Assembly: GCA_023334545.1 (NCBI GenBank)
Contig: JAADVB010000054.1
Coordinates: 24,063 to 88,062, forward strand
Reading direction: 5' to 3'
Length of the DNA: 64,000 nt
Source: Salisapilia sapeloensis CBS 127946
Lineage: Eukaryota > Protista > Oomycota
Made by a program: the position numbers and the translations under genes. Positions 59,376 through 64,000 of this stretch are shown piece after piece; the stretch's first letter is position 1, and the number at the start of each line of letters is the position of its first letter. The notes below the pieces were generated by a model. That model saw only the letters and a list, made by a program, of their open reading frames with translations, made no database searches and was not told the DNA's origin.

Positions 59376-61073
59376 TCAAGTCCACCAGAAACTAACGGAA
59401 AAGCTCGTGTCTAAGGACCGAACATAATGCCAATATCGCGGTGGAATATATAACATCTCGCCTGGTTCAAGTACGCATTCCATGTAGGATGCCTTTGCAA
59501 AGCCTGGGAATTGATCCAAGTTTGGTGCTTCTACTTGTACTTGACTGGTGTTGGATAGTAAACCAGGTACTGGATACAGTCGCTCCGATTCGGCTGGAGA
59601 GTAGAGACGAAGATACTTGGCTCCAACGACTTGACACAGTAAATTGTCCTTGGGGTCGAAATGCAACGGCGAGACGGTACCCTTTGGCCCAAACCAACTG
59701 TTGATGGCAATGTCTTCTTCCACTGCATCTTCGTCACGCTGTAGCGTGCAGTAGTCTGGAGTTGCAATATCCTGACGTAGACGAGGTATCTATATACGTA
59801 ATAGAAATGAGCATAGGAATGCTATGATAGGTGGAGAGGATGTACTTGGTCAAAGAGATGATGTTGAGCCAAGTATCCGATCTGGTCTTTGCTGTCAACG
59901 TCTGTTTGTTCAATGTACTTGTCGATGAACTCGTTGATTGTCATGAGCTTTTGACTCCAGTCATCATTCAAGTAGTTTGATCCGATCTTATGCAAGGAAT
60001 AGACAGATGAGACCTTTATGCTCGTATACCTAATGGATCAAGTACCTCGACTGGGACTGTTCGCAGCCCTGCGATCTGTCTTAAGTAGTCCAAACTACTC
60101 CAGGAGCGTTCTCGAGATCGAGCTGGCCAGTGATCCATTGCTCCGGTAACAATGATAGGTGTGCTGTACAATATGCAGGTTATGATTTTCAAGGTTAATG
60201 AGGAAAGCGGATGGTGTTTACTTGGTCCTCATAAATTCCTCGTAGAAACGACTTAGAGACGGACAGGCCACTCGCTTTACAGGAAAGTCAAGTGGATTCT
60301 GAGATGAATAGGACTTTGTCAGGCGAGCGATCTGTATACAAAGCATGTCATTACCGTTGTCTAGGTACTTTACAATACGATAGTAACTCACTTTCTTGGG
60401 AGGTTCATTACTGGATGGAGGCTACACGTATGATGTTAGTCGTCTAATTTGCAGTCAAATAATCATTTAAAAACTACTCGGACCTTATTAGTCTCTTTTT
60501 CGCTGTTGATGTCTCTTTGCATTATCTTGTCTTCGATGGATGATACCAAGCCGTGGGTGCTTGACACAGAGTACGGACCCGACATCATCAGACACTACCA
60601 TATCCGACAGCTTGTTAACTAGAATAACAAAATGCAGCTGTAGTATGAACTGTACAAGATCCAAAATACGTAGTGCTTCAATGTGTTTCTCTTGTTGACA
60701 TAACGCCAATGCCTATCAGCATGTATGTCAGATGCGAGCTTCTCGGAGGATGCAAATGAGGACGACCTTGAGTAGACTGGCGAACCCAAAGGCCTGACGC
60801 CATTGCGATGCAATGGTCTTCCAACTTCCACAATGCAAAGCTTCCCAACTCTTTTCATACGCTTCGTTTACAAAGCCATCCGTAATTCCGCCGGTAGTGG
60901 CGTACTCATCGCATGCCTTCTGCAGCAAATGTACGACTGCAGCTCCACCAATTTCACATAGTTCTACATATATACATCAATAAACTTTTGTATATATTTT
61001 TCTAAACTATCTACATGCATCTACCTCGCTTAAATGAACTAGATAGATGCAATTCAACGTCTACTTGTGTCAT
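59376..61073 (-). CDS. KDM8: JmjC-domain hydroxylase JMJD5/KDM8, multi-exon
   Basis: [30 protein letters not shown] and [16 protein letters not shown]...FSVSFWW. N-terminal [12 protein letters not shown]. Probable ATG at 61073, in phase via a GT-AG intron. Confidence 0.9.
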
Positions 61074-61242
61074 GGAGCTCTACGTTGTCAATTCAATGTC
61101 AAAATGTATTGATATCACTAATACTTAATCACTATACAAAAACGCTTTTACAAACTTCAAGTTGATAATGACACAGATCAAGTATTCTGTAAACGCAATA
61201 CCGACCATCCTTCACGTCCTCATCTACTTTTTATTTTGCTCC

Positions 61243-62739
61243 ATGAGGCTTCCAGTATCACCCGCGAGGTTTCGTCAACCGCAAGTCTACTTGCGCCATC
61301 ATGCAGCTAGAGCATTGGCACAGGCACCAGTCGCAGCTCCAACATCAATACCGTCGAAACAGTCTCCTGCTGCGAAAGCGTCGTATGAAACACTGCTCCA
61401 GCGCCTGTATCAGGTCAATCGGTTCACGGCAGTGAAGCTCGGGGTGGAGAACATGAAGCAATTAAACGCTGCTTTTGGTGATCCGGCATCCAGCTTTGAT
61501 GTCATCCACGTCGCTGGTTCCAATGGCAAAGGCTCCGTGTCATTAAAACTCGCACGAGCTTTAGAGCGTTCCGGCTATAAGACAGGTCTCTTCGTGTCTC
61601 CACATATTTCTTGCTTCCGAGAGCGCATCCAAGTGAATGGAGAGCTTATCTCGGAAGATGACGTTGTTGCAACGCTATCCCAGCTCTTTAATGTCACGGC
61701 CCAATTGCGTCTACCCGCCACATTCTTCGAATTAACGACTATGCTTGCGTTTTTGCACTTCGCCAAGCAAAATGTCGATTGTGTTGTGCTAGAAACAGGT
61801 ATTGGTGGACGATTAGATGCTACGAATATCGTCCATCCTCTATTATCAGTCATTACGTCCATCGGATTGGATCACATGAAGGTGTTGGGAGGATCTATCG
61901 AAGCTATTACGAAGGAAAAGGCTGGTATTATAAAGCCCAACGTACCTGTTGTCATCGGTCCAAGTGTACCAACGAACGTCATTTCGGATTTTGCGAATCG
62001 TATGAACGCAAAGGTTGTCCAAGTGCCACCTACGGAAGGCTACACGGAAGATTACAATGCTGAGAACCAAGCCATTGCCTTGGAAGCTTGCAAGCAACTA
62101 AATAAATTATCGTCGGTTTCCGAGCAGTCGAATCTGTCTCTCGATCTGGATCACGCGGGCGTCTCCAAGGCACTGGCGATGCGACCCCCATGTCGCTTTG
62201 AAGTCCTGCACATTGTCCGACCTAATTCGAACGAACGAAAGATCAGTGTCGTCCTAGACGTTGCACATAACCCACCAGCGATCGAGCGATTGCTCTTGCA
62301 TCTGCAGACAAAGTTTCCATTCTCAAACTACCGCTTCGTTTGCGGATTTTCAGCAGACAAAGATATTCCAAAGGTGCTCAAGATGATCTCGGAGGTATCC
62401 GATCGTGTTCACCTTGTTCAGGCGGATAGTCCACGAGCAGCATCTTTAGAAGAAGTGCAGTATGCGATAGAGCAGAGTGAGTTGCAAGATACTTTGCCTT
62501 CTTTTGACGAGATGACGTCGGTGGAGCAAGGAATTAATGACGCAGTCGTCGCTGCAAGAAGCGGAGACGAGCAGGAAGTGGTTGTCGTATGCGGTAGTGT
62601 ATTCCTCATGCCGGAAGCACGGCAAGCGCTTGGTATCCAAGAACCAGTTGACAGTCCGGCGCTTAATGAGGTTGCTGGCTCGCATTTGTCGACGCCAACG
62701 TCTAGATTGGCAAAAGCGAAAGCTTCTGCAAGTGATTAA
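61243..62739 (+). CDS. folC: Folylpolyglutamate/dihydrofolate synthase (FolC/FPGS) with a likely organellar presequence
   Basis: IHVAGSNGKGS, GLFVSPHI..FRERI, TFFELTT, LETGIGGRLDATN, ITSIGLDH, LDVAHNP and VCGSVFL. Start MRLPVSPARF at 61243. Confidence 0.95.
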   Translation: MRLPVSPARFRQPQVYLRHHAARALAQAPVAAPTSIPSKQSPAAKASYETLLQRLYQVNRFTAVKLGVENMKQLNAAFGDPASSFDVIHVAGSNGKGSVSLKLARALERSGYKTGLFVSPHISCFRERIQVNGELISEDDVVATLSQLFNVTAQLRLPATFFELTTMLAFLHFAKQNVDCVVLETGIGGRLDATNIVHPLLSVITSIGLDHMKVLGGSIEAITKEKAGIIKPNVPVVIGPSVPTNVISDFANRMNAKVVQVPPTEGYTEDYNAENQAIALEACKQLNKLSSVSEQSNLSLDLDHAGVSKALAMRPPCRFEVLHIVRPNSNERKISVVLDVAHNPPAIERLLLHLQTKFPFSNYRFVCGFSADKDIPKVLKMISEVSDRVHLVQADSPRAASLEEVQYAIEQSELQDTLPSFDEMTSVEQGINDAVVAARSGDEQEVVVVCGSVFLMPEARQALGIQEPVDSPALNEVAGSHLSTPTSRLAKAKASASD

Positions 62740-63800
62740 GTGTGGTCGTTGATAACATAGTTGGCTTTGAAAATTACTTCTGAGTGTTGATATCAAGTTC
62801 GAAGCCTTTAGATTGACGTACCTCGGTTTCATATCGTTTGCCTTCGAGAGTTTCTCTTGTCTGATAGGCATTTCGTTTACAAAATCGATCGTTTGCGAAG
62901 TATGATGACATTTTATGCTGGTCTTGTTTGTCGCTATGAAAGTGCGTGTACATGGGTGTACACACACTTCTAAATGAACCTTATATGCACATGAATCGAT
63001 TGCGGCTGAAGCTAGATCGATGGTAACCGGCAGGGACTCTATATTAAAAGTTTCGATACAATTTGCATTTGAAGTAATTTCTCGACGTAACTTGCTAGAG
63101 CCTTGAAACTGTTAAACTCTAAATCTTCTCTCAATAGGTGATCTAACTTGTAAGTGGTAAAATCGTGTTATATGCCCGCTTTAGTCCGTCATTAGTGCCG
63201 ATATTGCTTTGTCTATTTAAAGGAGCATTGGAGCAAAGAATGAACTACAGCGGGCATAAAACAATAGTTTATACTACCTTGGTGAGTGCAGATTAAGGAC
63301 ATTCATGGTTGCATGGTTGAATGTGGCATTGGGACTATATAGCGAATGAGAATGAAAACATAATAGATTTCTTTTCTAATTGAGTAAATACCAGTGGTAA
63401 CTTGGCACACGAAGTGTCCAGGATGACTTTATGTGATGATAAACTGCATAAATTATGCCGATGCTACAGAAACAGTTTAAAAGTAAAGTGATGCGCCAAT
63501 TGCAGCTAGTAAATGTCCTATGGATACCCTCTTCTATATTATAGGTAGGTTCGAATATGAGAAGATCTCATTTGGTCGTTTATACAATTTCGTAGACACA
63601 TCGATGTAAGAGGCAAACGTCTCCGAACGACTAGGCAGACGGGCTAGCACTTGATCATCGAGTGTTCGGCGGCCATTAAGACATTTTAAGTAGCTCGACG
63701 TGAATGTATCCCACAAAGTATATCCTCAACACAGCTTGAAATTGGATTTACATACTGAACTTGGATCTTCGTCCACTACATAATAGGGCCTCAACCGTCT
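62700..63800 (-). CDS. Possible unannotated multi-exon gene
   Basis: AG/GT-bounded open exon-like segments, for example 63142-63060 (HLLREDLEFNSFKALASYVEKLLQMQI), plus short ORFs 63534-63716 and 62774-62965. No full model could be built. Confidence 0.35.
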
Positions 63801-63853
63801 CTCTTAGTGCAACTAAAACAATTTCAAGCACATCAATTCGTGTTGACCACTTC

Positions 63854-64000
63854 TTATTCAAAAGCAGGGTCGCTACGAGATGAACCTTGCTTGGTCATTT
63901 CGTGGAAGTAGTACTGGATCTGCGCGGCAGTCGGACGATCTTCTGGACTATTTGAGAGACACTTGTCGGCTAATGACCGGATCGACTTCGGACACGACTC
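63854..64000 (-). CDS. C-terminus of a protein kinase (TKL-like); the gene enters from the right edge
   Basis: ESCPKSIRSLADKCLSNSPEDRPTAAQI...* matches kinase subdomain XI (CP...L...CL...P..RPT). TAA at 63856-63854. Confidence 0.8.
   Translation of the reverse strand, partial: ESCPKSIRSLADKCLSNSPEDRPTAAQIQYYFHEMTKQGSSRSDPAFE

Noticed and set aside
2117-62739. Possible cofactor-metabolism cluster (SAMDC, PPAT, FPGS)
   Set aside because: The genes are far apart and interspersed with unrelated housekeeping genes, with no sign of shared regulation.
1-64000. tRNA, rRNA, snRNA, telomeric repeats, CRISPR arrays or intact transposons
   Set aside because: None recognised by eye. tRNAscan-SE and Infernal/Rfam would be needed to exclude small ncRNAs in introns or gaps.

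Overview
Gene-dense eukaryotic DNA, most likely from a zoospore-forming oomycete or close stramenopile relative. This is inferred from the KRE6-type GH16 gene, a START+FYVE protein, an axonemal dynein, a PACRG-family gene and short GT-AG introns (about 50-80 nt). About 25 protein-coding genes lie in tight, often head-to-head pairs: SAMDC, an OS-9/erlectin-like lectin, a LACTB2-like MBL, START-FYVE, PACRG-like, PPAT, LIN9, KRE6, RPN6, a 4.26-kaa inner-arm dynein heavy chain, FtsH/YME1, a TALE homeobox, SLC35F, RanBP1, a gamma-tubulin complex protein, a cyclin, PH-TBC, PDK1, NOT1, MED20, JMJD5, FPGS, a kinase C-terminus and several orphans. I saw no rRNA, tRNA, CRISPR array or intact transposon. 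The best lead is a 35-codon upstream ORF (MPLALLVWDSATDDIVDQTTIFTGFFYIGACDDPA*, 3412..3305, minus strand) in the SAMDC leader. It is the only AUG between 3687 and the main start, is in frame with SAMDC, and is a candidate polyamine-sensing translational control element. Two probable multi-exon genes missed by the ORF track (48.1-49.1 kb and 62.7-63.8 kb) and a perfect hairpin between divergent genes were also found. All exon boundaries are manual predictions and no database search was run.
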